Numbered from the stretch's first letter, positions 30,822 through 40,655 are shown. The stretch: DNA of 63,206 bases from Bacteroidales bacterium (GCA_017882305.1 JADGPU010000006.1:1-63206), one strand, 5' to 3'. Program-made: numbers and translations. The notes: a model not told the origin generated them from the letters alone.

Positions 30822-30847
30822 ATATATTTAATTAATTCGATAAAATT

Positions 30848-30884
30848 AAAAAAGGAAGACCTGCAACCAACCGTTGCAGGCTTC
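30848..30884 (-). terminator. Hairpin + U-tract between atpE and atpF (partial terminator or stabiliser)
   Basis: On the mRNA strand: GAAG-CCTGCAAC-GGTTG-GTTGCAGG-T-CTTC followed by CTTTTTT. Confidence 0.6.
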
Positions 30885-30897
30885 ATGATTTTCTCTC

Positions 30898-31110
<213 letters not shown>

Positions 31111-31134
31111 TCAAGTTTTAAGTTAAACAATTTA

Positions 31135-32199
31135 TTAATGATGTTCTTCCGGTACCGCCATACTGATGAACAGTGCTGACAGCAGAGTAAAAATATATGC
31201 TTGAAGGAATGCCACGAGGAGCTCGAGGAAATCCATAAAAATCACAAAAAATATTGATACCGGAGCCACTGCCAGAGAATCAAAAATGAAAATAAGGCAA
31301 ATAAGACTCAGTACAATTATATGTCCTGCAGTAATATTGGCAAACAATCGGATCATCAGTGCGAAAGGCTTTGAAAATAATCCTATTATTTCAACAGGTA
31401 TCATAATCGGCAAAAGCCAGAAAGGCACACCCGGGGCGAAGAAAATATGTTTCCAGTATGTTTTATTACCGCTGAACTGGGTAATAAGGAACGTGCAAGT
31501 CGCCAAAACAAATGTAAGTGCAATATTCCCTGTAACGTTTGCACCGAAGGGCGGGGGAAACGGAATAAGCCCCATCAGGTTGTTGATGAGTATAAAAAAG
31601 AATGCAGATAAGAGGTAGGGCATATACCTTTCGTATTTATCTGCCCCAAGATTTGGAATGGCAATATCATCGCGGACAAAAAGGATTACCGGTTCAAGAA
31701 AGCTCTGAATACCTTTTGGATGACTAATTCCCGATTTCTTGTATGAACGGGCAAGTGAAAGAAATAAAAAGAGACCTATCAGAGCTGCGGACAACATCCC
31801 GATAACTGTCTTTGTCATTGAAAAGTCAAGAGGAAGGTTTTTCTCATCGAGAGTTCCTTCTTTATTAACCGTAACTATTTTACCCTTAAGATCGCCCTCT
31901 TCTTCAATTTTATATCCTTTATATTCTTTCCCGTCAGCCAGTTTTTTCGAAGAGAATACATCAAGTCCTTTCTCTTTGCTGTAAAGAATAACCGGAAGAT
32001 AAATTGCAACATTCTCTCCGTTTTTCCACGTTAGTATATGCCATTCATGGGAATCGGCTATATGATCAAGAATAAAAGTGCTTGCATCAAATTTCCCTTC
32101 AGTTGCTGTTTTTTCCTTATCTTCCTGACCAAAGGATGAAATAGTGGTACCGGCAATCAGAAAAAACAAGAAAAAACTAATCAAAATTCTTGTTTTCAA
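31135..32199 (-). CDS. atpB: ATP synthase Fo a
   Basis: HI.DSHEWH, KPFAL.IRLFANITAGH, ELLVAFLQAYIF; TTG start. Confidence 0.96.
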   Translation of the reverse strand: MKTRILISFFLFFLIAGTTISSFGQEDKEKTATEGKFDASTFILDHIADSHEWHILTWKNGENVAIYLPVILYSKEKGLDVFSSKKLADGKEYKGYKIEEEGDLKGKIVTVNKEGTLDEKNLPLDFSMTKTVIGMLSAALIGLFLFLSLARSYKKSGISHPKGIQSFLEPVILFVRDDIAIPNLGADKYERYMPYLLSAFFFILINNLMGLIPFPPPFGANVTGNIALTFVLATCTFLITQFSGNKTYWKHIFFAPGVPFWLLPIMIPVEIIGLFSKPFALMIRLFANITAGHIIVLSLICLIFIFDSLAVAPVSIFFVIFMDFLELLVAFLQAYIFTLLSALFISMAVPEEHH

Positions 32200-32212
32200 T
32201 TCAGTTCTAGTT

Positions 32213-32599
32213 TTATAAAGCTCTGCTTTTCAATGTTTTCAGTATAACATATATAGTAAACAAAGTGAGTGTTAAATATAAAACAAAAAACATTAAAACA
32301 GACGGCAACGAAGTTTTTTTAGCAACAATAAACCAGATAAGTGCAAATACAATCTCAAACAGGAACTTAAGGCTTATTGCAACGAGAATATATAAAGTCT
32401 GGCTGTCAGGTTCTTTGGGCTGACCTTTAAAAAAAATCAGAAGAGTAATAAATGCTATTATCGAAAAAGAAGAAGATAAAATTACAATATCACTGAAATA
32501 AAGATTTAGTTTTAATATGGAAACAACTAAATATGCTGCTATTAATAACAGTACGTTCAATAAAACCAATACTAAAAGATATTTATGAATTAATTTCAA
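32213..32599 (-). CDS. AtpI-like membrane protein
   Basis: Four TM segments, directly upstream of atpB. Confidence 0.65.
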   Translation of the reverse strand: MKLIHKYLLVLVLLNVLLLIAAYLVVSILKLNLYFSDIVILSSSFSIIAFITLLIFFKGQPKEPDSQTLYILVAISLKFLFEIVFALIWFIVAKKTSLPSVLMFFVLYLTLTLFTIYVILKTLKSRAL

Positions 32600-32608
32600 G
32601 AATGGGGA

Positions 32609-32851
32609 TCACTTAATAAAATCTTTAACGGCAATGTATATTGCTGCAAAAACACCAAACAGTGAGAGAACTATTGTAAAAACAGGTGTATGCCAGCCTG
32701 TCAGTTTATCAAGTTTTACGCCACCCCAGACAGTAACAAGAATAATACCTATCATCTGGAAAGCAATCCCTGAATACCGGCCAAAGTCCTGGAGCCCCTT
32801 ATTTTGAAGGTTTTTCGGGTCCTTTTTCTTTAATGGTTCCTGCTCCTGCAT
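32609..32851 (-). CDS. AtpZ/AtpI family protein
   Basis: YSGIAFQM...GG.KLD...P.FT..LSLFGV; start uncertain (32851 or 32866). Confidence 0.85.
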   Translation of the reverse strand: MQEQEPLKKKDPKNLQNKGLQDFGRYSGIAFQMIGIILVTVWGGVKLDKLTGWHTPVFTIVLSLFGVFAAIYIAVKDFIK

Positions 32852-33200
32852 TATTATCGGTATCACTCATTTTACAGTTTCCAGAAAATACTGCTCCTGG
32901 TTCTATAGAAAGTTTTGATGTAACTATGTCACCATTAATTTTTGAAGAAGCTTTCAGGTTAAGCAACTGCCCCACAGTAATTTTGCCTTCAATAAATCCT
33001 GATACTTCTGAATTCTTGCAAATAACTTCCCCTTTTACCTTCCCGGTTGTACCAATAACAACTTTACCCTTTGTGTTAAGATTTCCTGTAAGAGAACCAT
33101 CGATACGGATATCACCACTGGATTTTATATCACCGGTTATGTCCGTCCCATTGCTTATAAGGTTAATGGTAGTGTTATCTGGTTCATTGAACTTTGCCAT
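32799..33200 (-). CDS. Bactofilin (polymer-forming cytoskeletal protein)
   Basis: I..GT.I.GDI.S.GDIRIDG, IEPGAVF.G.C.M; TAAGTTTG -7 box upstream on minus strand. Confidence 0.92.
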   Translation of the reverse strand: MAKFNEPDNTTINLISNGTDITGDIKSSGDIRIDGSLTGNLNTKGKVVIGTTGKVKGEVICKNSEVSGFIEGKITVGQLLNLKASSKINGDIVTSKLSIEPGAVFSGNCKMSDTDNNAGAGTIKEKGPEKPSK

Positions 33201-33305
33201 AATATTTAAAAGTTAAGAGATACAAACTTAATAACTCACAAATATAAAAACTATTGCAGATAATAATAAAATTAGGGATGACATCTTTTGTTTTGGTGAG
33301 AAATG

Positions 33306-33363
33306 ACCCCTCTGCTGCTGCGCGGCATTATCAGGGGAGAGTGCCCGAAAAGCGAGGGGGTTT
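33306..33363. repeat. CCCCT...AGGGG miniature inverted-repeat doublet (collapsed copy)
   Basis: ACCCCTCTGCTGCTGCGCGGC ... GGGGAGAGTGCCCGAAAAGCGAGGGGGTTT; arms resemble the 40653..40798 element in opposite orientation. Confidence 0.7.
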
Positions 33364-33382
33364 ATTTTAGATCGGAAATCTC

Positions 33383-34381
33383 CTATTCCGGGTTATAAGC
33401 CCACTTAAGGTAGATAGCGCCCCACGTAAATCCACCTCCGAATGCGGCAAGTATCAGAATATCCCCTTTTTTAAGCTTTTTTTCATATTCCCATATGCAC
33501 AATGGAATAGTAGCATTTGTTGTATTTCCATAATTTTCGATGTTGATCATCACCTTTTCTATTGCAAGTCCCATTCTTCTGCCGGTAGCATCGATAATAC
33601 GAAGGTTTGCCTGGTGAGGAACAAGCCATGCTATGTCATCAGATTTAAGATTATTCCGTTCCATAATCTCTACGGCAACATCAGCCATATTTGAAACCGC
33701 AAATTTAAAGACACTTTGTCCTTCCTGGTAAATGAAGTGTTCTTTTGCATCAACTGTTTCATGTGAGGCAGGTTTAACAGAGCCTCCGGCTTTAAGATGC
33801 AGGTACTTTCGTCCCGCGCCGTCTGTATGAAAAATATAATCAATTATCCCGAATTCCTCATTTGTAGGTTCAAGCATTACTGCTCCGGCTGCATCTCCAA
33901 AGAGCGGGCAAGTTGTACGGTCGGTGTAATCGGTAATTGATGACATTTTATCGGCTCCGACAATAATAACTTTTTTATATCTGCCAGTTTCAACATAGGC
34001 TGCTCCGGTTTGTAAAGCAAAAAGGAATCCCGAACAAGCTGCATTTAGGTCAAAGCTGAATGCATTTTTTATACCGCATTTATCCGATATGATATTTGCT
34101 GTTGCAGGGAAAAGCATGTCCGGAGTGGCAGAGGCACAGATCAGCAGATCAATTTCTTCAGGCGCGGTATTTGTTTTCAACAATAAACCCCGTACCGCCT
34201 GCTCGCCAAGATCTGAACTTCCGAGGCCCTCTCCTTTAAGTATTCGCCTCTCTTTTATTCCGACTCGTTGCATAATCCATTCATCGGAAGTGTCAACCAT
34301 TTTCGAAAGTTCCTGATTTGTCAGCTTGTATTCCGGCACCCAGGCATTGATTCCTGTAATAGCTGCCCGTATTTTTTCCAT
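33383..34381 (-). CDS. fabH: Beta-ketoacyl-ACP synthase III
   Basis: [34 protein letters not shown]. Confidence 0.96.
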   Translation of the reverse strand: MEKIRAAITGINAWVPEYKLTNQELSKMVDTSDEWIMQRVGIKERRILKGEGLGSSDLGEQAVRGLLLKTNTAPEEIDLLICASATPDMLFPATANIISDKCGIKNAFSFDLNAACSGFLFALQTGAAYVETGRYKKVIIVGADKMSSITDYTDRTTCPLFGDAAGAVMLEPTNEEFGIIDYIFHTDGAGRKYLHLKAGGSVKPASHETVDAKEHFIYQEGQSVFKFAVSNMADVAVEIMERNNLKSDDIAWLVPHQANLRIIDATGRRMGLAIEKVMINIENYGNTTNATIPLCIWEYEKKLKKGDILILAAFGGGFTWGAIYLKWAYNPE

Positions 34382-34383
34382 AA

Positions 34384-35322
34384 TTATATTGCTTCTTTTA
34401 TCTTTTGTGCCAGATTGGCGTGCACTACACCCCTGGTCTGCAGAACCATGTTCATTATGGCTTTCCTTTTCGAAATTCCATGCCCGATAACAACATTGGC
34501 ATTTATTCCAACTATAGGTGTTCCTCCTATGTTTTCCCAGTCAAGACGGTCGAAGTATGCATCTTTAAGATTTCTGATTTTATATAAATGATGAAATGCT
34601 TCTCCCATCTTCAGAATAACATTTCCAACAAAACCATCACATACGATAACATCAGTCATAGTTTCACGGAAAAGTGCATTCCCCTCGATATTACCAACAA
34701 AATTCAGTCCGGGGTAATCTTTCATCAGCTCATAAGCTGCTTTAACAGCCGGAGTACCCTTTGTTTCTTCTTGGCCGATATTAAGCAATCCGACAGTTGG
34801 ATTATCTGTTCCCAGGACATACTTTGCATAAATACTGCCGAGAATACCATATTGCAAAAATACATCCGGTTTACAATCTGGATTCAATCCAACATCAAGA
34901 ATAACAGAATCGCGATCATCAACGCAGGGTAATACCATTACCAGTGCCGGTCTTAAAACCCCCGGTATCATATTTACGGTATAACTTGCGCCAACAAGCA
35001 TTGCCCCAGTATTTCCAGCACTGCAGAAACCATCCAGATTTCCATTTTTCAGCATTCCGTATCCTACAGCGATACTTGAGTCTTTTTTTTGTGAGAATGC
35101 TTTTGCAGGATGATCAGCCATTTCAATAACCTGCGATGTATGTACTATTTCAAATTTGGACGGCTCAATATGCATCTCCCTCAGTTTCCTTAAAATGGAA
35201 GGTTCATCTCCGATAAGGACAAGGTTCTCATTAACTGATAAACGCTTAAGGGAATCACCTGCACCCTCAATGATTGACTCAGGTGCGAAATCACCACCCA
35301 TGACATCAAGGCCAATTCTCAT
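34384..35322 (-). CDS. plsX: Phosphate acyltransferase
   Basis: [32 protein letters not shown]; between rpmF and fabH. Confidence 0.95.
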   Translation of the reverse strand: MRIGLDVMGGDFAPESIIEGAGDSLKRLSVNENLVLIGDEPSILRKLREMHIEPSKFEIVHTSQVIEMADHPAKAFSQKKDSSIAVGYGMLKNGNLDGFCSAGNTGAMLVGASYTVNMIPGVLRPALVMVLPCVDDRDSVILDVGLNPDCKPDVFLQYGILGSIYAKYVLGTDNPTVGLLNIGQEETKGTPAVKAAYELMKDYPGLNFVGNIEGNALFRETMTDVIVCDGFVGNVILKMGEAFHHLYKIRNLKDAYFDRLDWENIGGTPIVGINANVVIGHGISKRKAIMNMVLQTRGVVHANLAQKIKEAI

Positions 35323-35347
35323 ATTACATTTTTTAAGTTAGGCGAGT

Positions 35348-35533
35348 TCAGGCAGTTGCCTTTTTCTCAATAGCAAGCTTACCTCTGTAAAAGCCACACT
35401 CAGGACATACCCTGTGATACAGAACTGAAGATCCGCAGTTTGAACAGCTTGCCGTTGTAGGTGCAGTTGCCTTATAATGTGTTCTGCGCTTATCTCTTCT
35501 GGTCTTGGAATGTTTGTGTTTAGGATGTGCCAT
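35348..35533 (-). CDS. rpmF: 50S ribosomal protein L32 (Zn-ribbon form)
   Basis: MAHPK.K.SKTRRDKRRTH, CxxC...HRVCxxCG.Y. Confidence 0.97.
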   Translation of the reverse strand: MAHPKHKHSKTRRDKRRTHYKATAPTTASCSNCGSSVLYHRVCPECGFYRGKLAIEKKATA

Positions 35534-35544
35534 ATTAAATTAAT

Positions 35545-36066
35545 TTAATTATCGTTCATTAGTTTTTTCAATTCATCCCATCTCGGGTCGTTCTCTTTTT
35601 CTTCTTCTATTAAAAGCTCCTCCAGTTTTTTCAACATAAACGGATCGCATGTGCTCTTACCATTTTTATCAGCAGGATGTACCCTCTTTATCGGCAAAGC
35701 CAGTATAATGAATTCATATATCTGCTGTTGCAGATCTAATTCATATTCATCGGCCGGTAATGAAAGAATGTCCGGATCAATATCTTCGATGCTTTTCCCA
35801 AATTTAACAAGTAATCTGTTCTCACTGCCAACAGGCTGGGAAAACATCTCCAGACATCTGTCACAGCTTAATCTGAGGCTTCCGGAAACCCTTATTATCA
35901 TATCCAGATGGGAAGATCTTTTGTCCATCTCAATATTAGCAATAAGGCTGCCTTCCTTAACTTCCGATTCTTCAAACTGTTCAAAAAACTCTTTATCAAT
36001 CTCAAAATCAATTGTGTGGTGCCCTTCTTTTAATCCACTTAACGATATGGTATAGGATGAGGGCAT
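35545..36066 (-). CDS. DUF177/YceD family protein
   Basis: CDRCL, DPRWDELKKL; start moved to 36066 because a TATTTTTG -7 box lies inside the longer ORF call. Confidence 0.9.
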   Translation of the reverse strand: MPSSYTISLSGLKEGHHTIDFEIDKEFFEQFEESEVKEGSLIANIEMDKRSSHLDMIIRVSGSLRLSCDRCLEMFSQPVGSENRLLVKFGKSIEDIDPDILSLPADEYELDLQQQIYEFIILALPIKRVHPADKNGKSTCDPFMLKKLEELLIEEEKENDPRWDELKKLMNDN

Positions 36067-36159
36067 CTCTTTAAATTTTGGTTTGCAAAAATATGAATCC
36101 TTCTTCAATTAAAAAAATTATCAACAAAAAAGTAACATTTATTGTCATAAAAGGCCAAA

Positions 36160-36224
36160 TACCGATAGAAAAATGCTGTTTACCGAATTTCTCTTAGTCG
36201 CTGTTTATTTGAGAATTATATTTG
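36160..36224 (+). promoter_or_regulatory. TACCGA direct repeats (21-bp period) + TATATTTG -7 box; candidate LytTR-activated promoter
   Basis: TACCGA at 36160 and 36181; -7 box at 36217-36224; upstream of an operon ending in a LytTR regulator. Confidence 0.5.
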
Positions 36225-36248
36225 TTATAGATTAAATATTTTAAAATT

Positions 36249-36638
36249 ATGAGACACAGAGATTATCACCACTACAGAGACTATCCTCGCTTAAGGGACA
36301 GGGAACATCATCCCAGGGTAAGCATAGGATTATTCTTTATTGTTCTTGGTGTGGCACTTCTCGTTGCAACAAATGACTTGCTAAACCTTGGAACTGTCAG
36401 CAACTATTTTACCTGGGAGACAGCAATGATTTTCATAGGCATTTTATTACTGTTAAACCTTCATTTCATCGGAGGTCTGTTGCTTATTGCAGGAGGAATA
36501 TGGTTCTTAAAGGACCATATCTTCTTTATTACTCCTGAAATCTTCAGAAATTTCTATTGGCCTTCTGTAATAGTTTTAATTGGCCTGTCATTTATCATAT
36601 CATCACTTTTTAAAAGAAAAACTAAAGTTGATAATTGA
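36249..36638 (+). CDS. LiaF/DUF5668-like membrane protein
   Basis: Four TM segments, 'W..AMIFIG', 'WP.V.VLIG'; paralogous to the N-terminus of the next gene. Confidence 0.75.
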   Translation: MRHRDYHHYRDYPRLRDREHHPRVSIGLFFIVLGVALLVATNDLLNLGTVSNYFTWETAMIFIGILLLLNLHFIGGLLLIAGGIWFLKDHIFFITPEIFRNFYWPSVIVLIGLSFIISSLFKRKTKVDN

Positions 36639-36659
36639 AAAACAAATAAATTTACGATT

Positions 36660-37430
36660 ATGGAAACAAATGAGAACTACAGAGATGAGCGTCGTCAAGC
36701 CAGGGATGAGCGTCGTCAACTCAGACGCGAACAACATCACCTTCAGAACAACCGCCCGATTATTGGTGTGATCCTTGTACTGGCCGGACTATTCCTTGTA
36801 ATGAGAAATACTGGTTTCTTCCCTGAATTTATTGATCATGTTATTTTCAGCTGGCCAATGCTCCTTGTTGCCATCGGATTGGTTATGACCCTGGGAGCTT
36901 CAGAAAAGACATCCGGGGTTATTGTGATGGCAGTGGGAGGGTTTTTTCTAATCCCCATGATATTCCGTGAAACCTTTCATGCCTATAATATGTTCTGGCC
37001 TTCGATTTTTATTATCATCGGGGTTATTTTCATAGTCACAAAACGTCATGGATGGAATTCTGCTATATCAAAGGGAGTAATAGGAGACGATTATGTTGAT
37101 TATGTTAATATATTCGGTGGTGGTGAACGCCAGATCATTTCAGAAAACTTCAGAGGGGGAAAAGTATCAGCTGTTTTCGGAGGTATGGAACTGGATCTCA
37201 CAAAAGCAAAACTGGCACCAGGCAGAAATGAACTTGAGATAGCATGTGTCTTCGGAGGAGTCACGTTTATTGTACCCGACGATTGGAATATATCAATAGA
37301 GGTAACACCTGTTCTGGGTGGGTTCAATGATTCCAGGAAATTAATACCAGGCAGAACTATAGATTCTACAAGACAACTTGCGATAAAAGGGGCCGTGGTA
37401 TTCGGCGGTGGAGAAGTTAAAAGCTATTAA
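36660..37430 (+). CDS. LiaF-like cell-wall-active antibiotic response protein (DUF5668 + DUF2154)
   Basis: WPMLL..IG TM region; FGG repeats, ELDLT.A, VP.DW, FGGGEVK. Confidence 0.85.
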   Translation: METNENYRDERRQARDERRQLRREQHHLQNNRPIIGVILVLAGLFLVMRNTGFFPEFIDHVIFSWPMLLVAIGLVMTLGASEKTSGVIVMAVGGFFLIPMIFRETFHAYNMFWPSIFIIIGVIFIVTKRHGWNSAISKGVIGDDYVDYVNIFGGGERQIISENFRGGKVSAVFGGMELDLTKAKLAPGRNELEIACVFGGVTFIVPDDWNISIEVTPVLGGFNDSRKLIPGRTIDSTRQLAIKGAVVFGGGEVKSY

Positions 37431-37441
37431 TTAACTTACGG

Positions 37442-38497
37442 ATGAAACATCCGATCTTTTCAAACAAAGTAAGGCTTATAGTGTGGTGGCTGGTCTGGAT
37501 TTTTCTTGCTCTGGGACAGTCGCTTCTATTTTATTATGCCTTCGGAAGCTTTATTGAAATAAGCCTGGTCGATAGCCTTGTATCTTTGCTTATCTATTCG
37601 GGTATTGGTCTCTCATTATGGTATCCATTCAGGTTTTTTAATTCCGGAGAGATCCGGACAACAGCCCTTATCTCCAACCTTGTTGCAAGTGGAGTGCTTT
37701 CTATCACGCTCTGGGTCGTGATAACAAAGTTTATAATGACAACTGTATTGCCGGAACAAAACAATTACGAGGCATACTGGGCTGCAACATTTCCATACAG
37801 AGTAGGATCAGGTGTTTTTATTTACGGCTTAATTATTCTCACTTATTATCTTTTCGAAAGCTTAAGAAATCTTTCTGAAAAAAATACCAAAGAAGCACGG
37901 CTGGAGAGCCTTGTAAAAGAGACTGAGCTTAAAATGCTCCGGTCTCAGATCAATCCTCACTTTCTTTTCAATAGCCTGAATTCAATAAGCTCCCTCACAA
38001 TTACCGATCCTGAAAAAGCCAGGGATATGGTAGTTAAGCTCTCGGAGTTCATGAGATATGCTCTTTCAAGAAAAGATGAACAACCTGTATCCCTGCAGAA
38101 TGAACTTGAAAACCTGCGTTTATATCTGGATATTGAAAAAGTAAGGTTCGGAGATAAGCTTACAACTGAAGAGATTATTGACTCCAATTGTTTTGATTTA
38201 AAAATCCCCGTAATGCTGCTGCAACCACTTTACGAGAATGCAGTTAAGCATGGCGTTTATGAAAGTACGGAAAGCGTTAGGATAATAACACAAGCAAAGA
38301 TTATTAACGGGTACCTTGAAATAACTATAAGCAATAATTATGATCCTGCCCCATCATTAAAGAGAGGAACCGGGACCGGGTTGTTAAATGTCACCCGGAG
38401 GCTTGAATTGTTCTACGGCAACAAGGCATCGATGAGAACATTGAAAGAAAATGGGATTTATTCCGTAAACCTGTACATACCGACAGATTATTTGTAA
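37442..38497 (+). CDS. LytS/YehU-type sensor histidine kinase
   Basis: SQINPHFLFNSLN, LQPL.ENAVKHG, GTGL.NV..RL. Confidence 0.93.
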   Translation: MKHPIFSNKVRLIVWWLVWIFLALGQSLLFYYAFGSFIEISLVDSLVSLLIYSGIGLSLWYPFRFFNSGEIRTTALISNLVASGVLSITLWVVITKFIMTTVLPEQNNYEAYWAATFPYRVGSGVFIYGLIILTYYLFESLRNLSEKNTKEARLESLVKETELKMLRSQINPHFLFNSLNSISSLTITDPEKARDMVVKLSEFMRYALSRKDEQPVSLQNELENLRLYLDIEKVRFGDKLTTEEIIDSNCFDLKIPVMLLQPLYENAVKHGVYESTESVRIITQAKIINGYLEITISNNYDPAPSLKRGTGTGLLNVTRRLELFYGNKASMRTLKENGIYSVNLYIPTDYL

Positions 38498-38579
38498 ATG
38501 TTATTTGAAAATTAATATATAAATTTAGGGGTAAGAAAACAGAGGGACCTTTTTAGCAGCACAGGGAAACAAAAAAACA

Positions 38580-39332
38580 ATGGAAAAGATCAAAATAGCT
38601 ATAATTGACGATGAATCACCCGCACGTGAAATAATTAAGCATTATTTAAAAGAGGTGGATTCAGTTGAAGTAATTGCTGAATGTGCTGATGGCTTTTCAG
38701 GTCTGAAATCAATTTCAGGAATGAAACCTGATCTTGTTTTCCTTGATATCCAGATGCCAAGACTTACCGGCATTGAATTGGTTGAGGTTCTTACTGAGAA
38801 ACCAGAGATAATCTTTACAACAGCCTATGATCAGTTTGCAATAAGAGCTTTTGAGCTTAATGCTGTAGATTATCTTATGAAGCCTTTCCCGAAAAGACGG
38901 TTTCTTGATGCAGTTAAAAAGGCAATTGATAAGATCAGGTCAGGTAAAGGAAATAAAGAGCCGGCAAGCCAGCTCCTGTCTAAAAAGCCTGAATCTTCCT
39001 CACCTGTTAACAGGATTGTGGTGCGCAAAGGAAATGCTATCAATCTTATACCAGTTGAACAGATAAGATATGTTGAGGCTCAGGATGATTATGTGATGAT
39101 CTATCATACAGCCGGCAAAGCTCTTAAACAGCAAACAATGAAGTCTTGTGAAGATAATCTTCCAAAAGCTGATTTTGTAAGAATTCACCGGTCATATATT
39201 GTAAAAGTTGAAGAGATAAAACGTATCGAGCCTTATGGTAAGGATAACCATATTGCTATACTTCAGTCGGGTGATAAGCTTCCAGTCAGCCGGGCTGGTT
39301 ATAAACATTTAAAGGAGGAGCTTAATTTCTGA
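38580..39332 (+). CDS. LytTR family response regulator
   Basis: IIDDE, FLDIQMP, TTAYD, F.RIHRSYIV, PVSR. Confidence 0.95.
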   Translation: MEKIKIAIIDDESPAREIIKHYLKEVDSVEVIAECADGFSGLKSISGMKPDLVFLDIQMPRLTGIELVEVLTEKPEIIFTTAYDQFAIRAFELNAVDYLMKPFPKRRFLDAVKKAIDKIRSGKGNKEPASQLLSKKPESSSPVNRIVVRKGNAINLIPVEQIRYVEAQDDYVMIYHTAGKALKQQTMKSCEDNLPKADFVRIHRSYIVKVEEIKRIEPYGKDNHIAILQSGDKLPVSRAGYKHLKEELNF

Positions 39333-39349
39333 ACAAAGTTCATTGTCAT

Positions 39350-39445
39350 CCTCTGTGGTTCTTTATGTCTCCTCTGTCGCCCTCTGTGTAACTAAAGATA
39401 AGAACTAACACAGAGTTGCACAGAGAAGCGCAGAGTTGCACAGAG
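39350..39445. repeat. Palindromic element of about 10-nt units (CTCTGTG arm / CACAGAG arm)
   Basis: CCTCTGTGGTT CTTTATGTCTC CTCTGTCGCC CTCTGTGTAA ... TAACACAGAG TTGCACAGAG AAGCGCAGAG TTGCACAGAG, between convergent genes. Confidence 0.8.
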
Positions 39446-39460
39446 AAAATCCAGAGGTTT

Positions 39461-39769
39461 CTACCTCTTCAGCCTGTTTTCTTTTTCCCGTTTTGTAAAT
39501 ATTGCAGATAGCGGGCGATATTGACGGAACCTGAACAGGGGGACAGGATCAAACCCGTGGGTCCCGCCTGGTCTGCATCTGAGTATACGTCCTGTTCCTA
39601 ATAACAATCCAGTGAATGGTCCATGAATCTTCAGGGCATCAAGCATATATTGTGAACAGGTTGGAACATGTCGGCAGGAGGGACGTAAAAACGGAGAAAT
39701 TGAGTACTTGTATAAGAGTACTGGAAGAGATAAAAGAAACGATAATATTGCATTGATCGACTTAATCAT
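39461..39769 (-). CDS. yidD: Membrane protein insertion efficiency factor
   Basis: Y...ISP....CR..PTCS.Y...A...HG...G......RILRC.P....G.DPVP. Confidence 0.93.
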   Translation of the reverse strand: MIKSINAILSFLLSLPVLLYKYSISPFLRPSCRHVPTCSQYMLDALKIHGPFTGLLLGTGRILRCRPGGTHGFDPVPLFRFRQYRPLSAIFTKREKENRLKR

Positions 39770-39798
39770 GATACAAAGATAATAACTGTCATCTTAGC

Positions 39799-39830
39799 TG
39801 CAAGATACAGGGTGCAAGATGCAGGGTGCG
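39799..39830. repeat. Tandem heptamer repeat (about 4.5 units)
   Basis: TGCAAGA TACAGGG TGCAAGA TGCAGGG TGCG. Confidence 0.7.
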
Positions 39831-39886
39831 TTTCTCACCAGGGTACTTTGCAATCTTTGCAGTTAATGGAATATATATTTGGATTG

Positions 39887-39939
39887 CTGACAAAATGACC
39901 AATTTCAACTGTCAGAATGGTTTTGGCAAAGGTTTTGCT
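39887..39939 (+). promoter_or_regulatory. Sigma-54 (-24/-12) promoter with adjacent CTGACA-N17-TGTCAG inverted repeat
   Basis: TGGCAAAGGTTTTGCT: GG at 39925-6, exactly 10 nt, GC at 39937-8; 39 nt before the zinc peptidase ATG. Confidence 0.6.
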
Positions 39940-39977
39940 GATTTACATAAATTTTAATTTAGGAGGGAAATGAAGTT

Positions 39978-40655
39978 ATGAGTATCTGGGTAATTTTTAT
40001 AGGATTCATGATCCTGAGCTGGATTGTGAGCATGACACTAAAATCAAAGTTTAATAAGTATTCGAAAATTCCTCTTGATAATGGGATGTCAGGCCGCGAA
40101 GTAGCGGAAAAGATGCTCCGTGACAATGGTATCGCAGGTGTAAGCATTGGAAGTGTTGAGGGTCAGTTGACTGACCATTATAATCCTGTTGATAAAACAA
40201 TCAATCTCAGCCAGGAGGTATACAATGGCCGGAGTATTTCATCAGCAGCAGTGGCAGCTCATGAATGCGGCCATGCAGTTCAGCACGCGAAGGCTTATGC
40301 ATGGCTTGGGTTCAGATCCAAGCTGGTTCCTGTTGTCAGCTTTACATCCAAATGGGTACAATGGATATTACTTGCAGGGATACTACTCGTACGTACTTTC
40401 CCTGTTTTATTGCTGGCAGGTATCGTCCTCTTTGCATTGACAACCCTTTTCAGTTTTATTACATTACCTGTAGAAATAGATGCAAGCCGGAGGGCTCTTG
40501 CATGGTTGTCAAATGCCGGAATAACTTCATACCAGAATCATGAAATGGCACAGGACGCTCTCAAGTGGGCTGCATATACATATGTGATTGCGGCTCTTGG
40601 CTCACTGGCGACATTGCTGTACTACATTATGATATTTACAGGGTCAAGGAGATAA
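39978..40655 (+). CDS. Putative neutral zinc metallopeptidase (YugP-like)
   Basis: LTDHYNP, AVAAHECGHAVQH, TLPVE.DAS.RAL, AA.TYV. Confidence 0.93.
   Translation: MSIWVIFIGFMILSWIVSMTLKSKFNKYSKIPLDNGMSGREVAEKMLRDNGIAGVSIGSVEGQLTDHYNPVDKTINLSQEVYNGRSISSAAVAAHECGHAVQHAKAYAWLGFRSKLVPVVSFTSKWVQWILLAGILLVRTFPVLLLAGIVLFALTTLFSFITLPVEIDASRRALAWLSNAGITSYQNHEMAQDALKWAAYTYVIAALGSLATLLYYIMIFTGSRR

Noticed and set aside
32833-33216. Long antisense ORFs over bactofilin, yceD, DUF2723, the GH16-like gene and atp genes
   Set aside because: Antisense shadows of well-supported genes with no independent motifs.
39461-39769. yidD away from yidC/rnpA
   Set aside because: Unlinked yidD is common in Bacteroidota; not informative.
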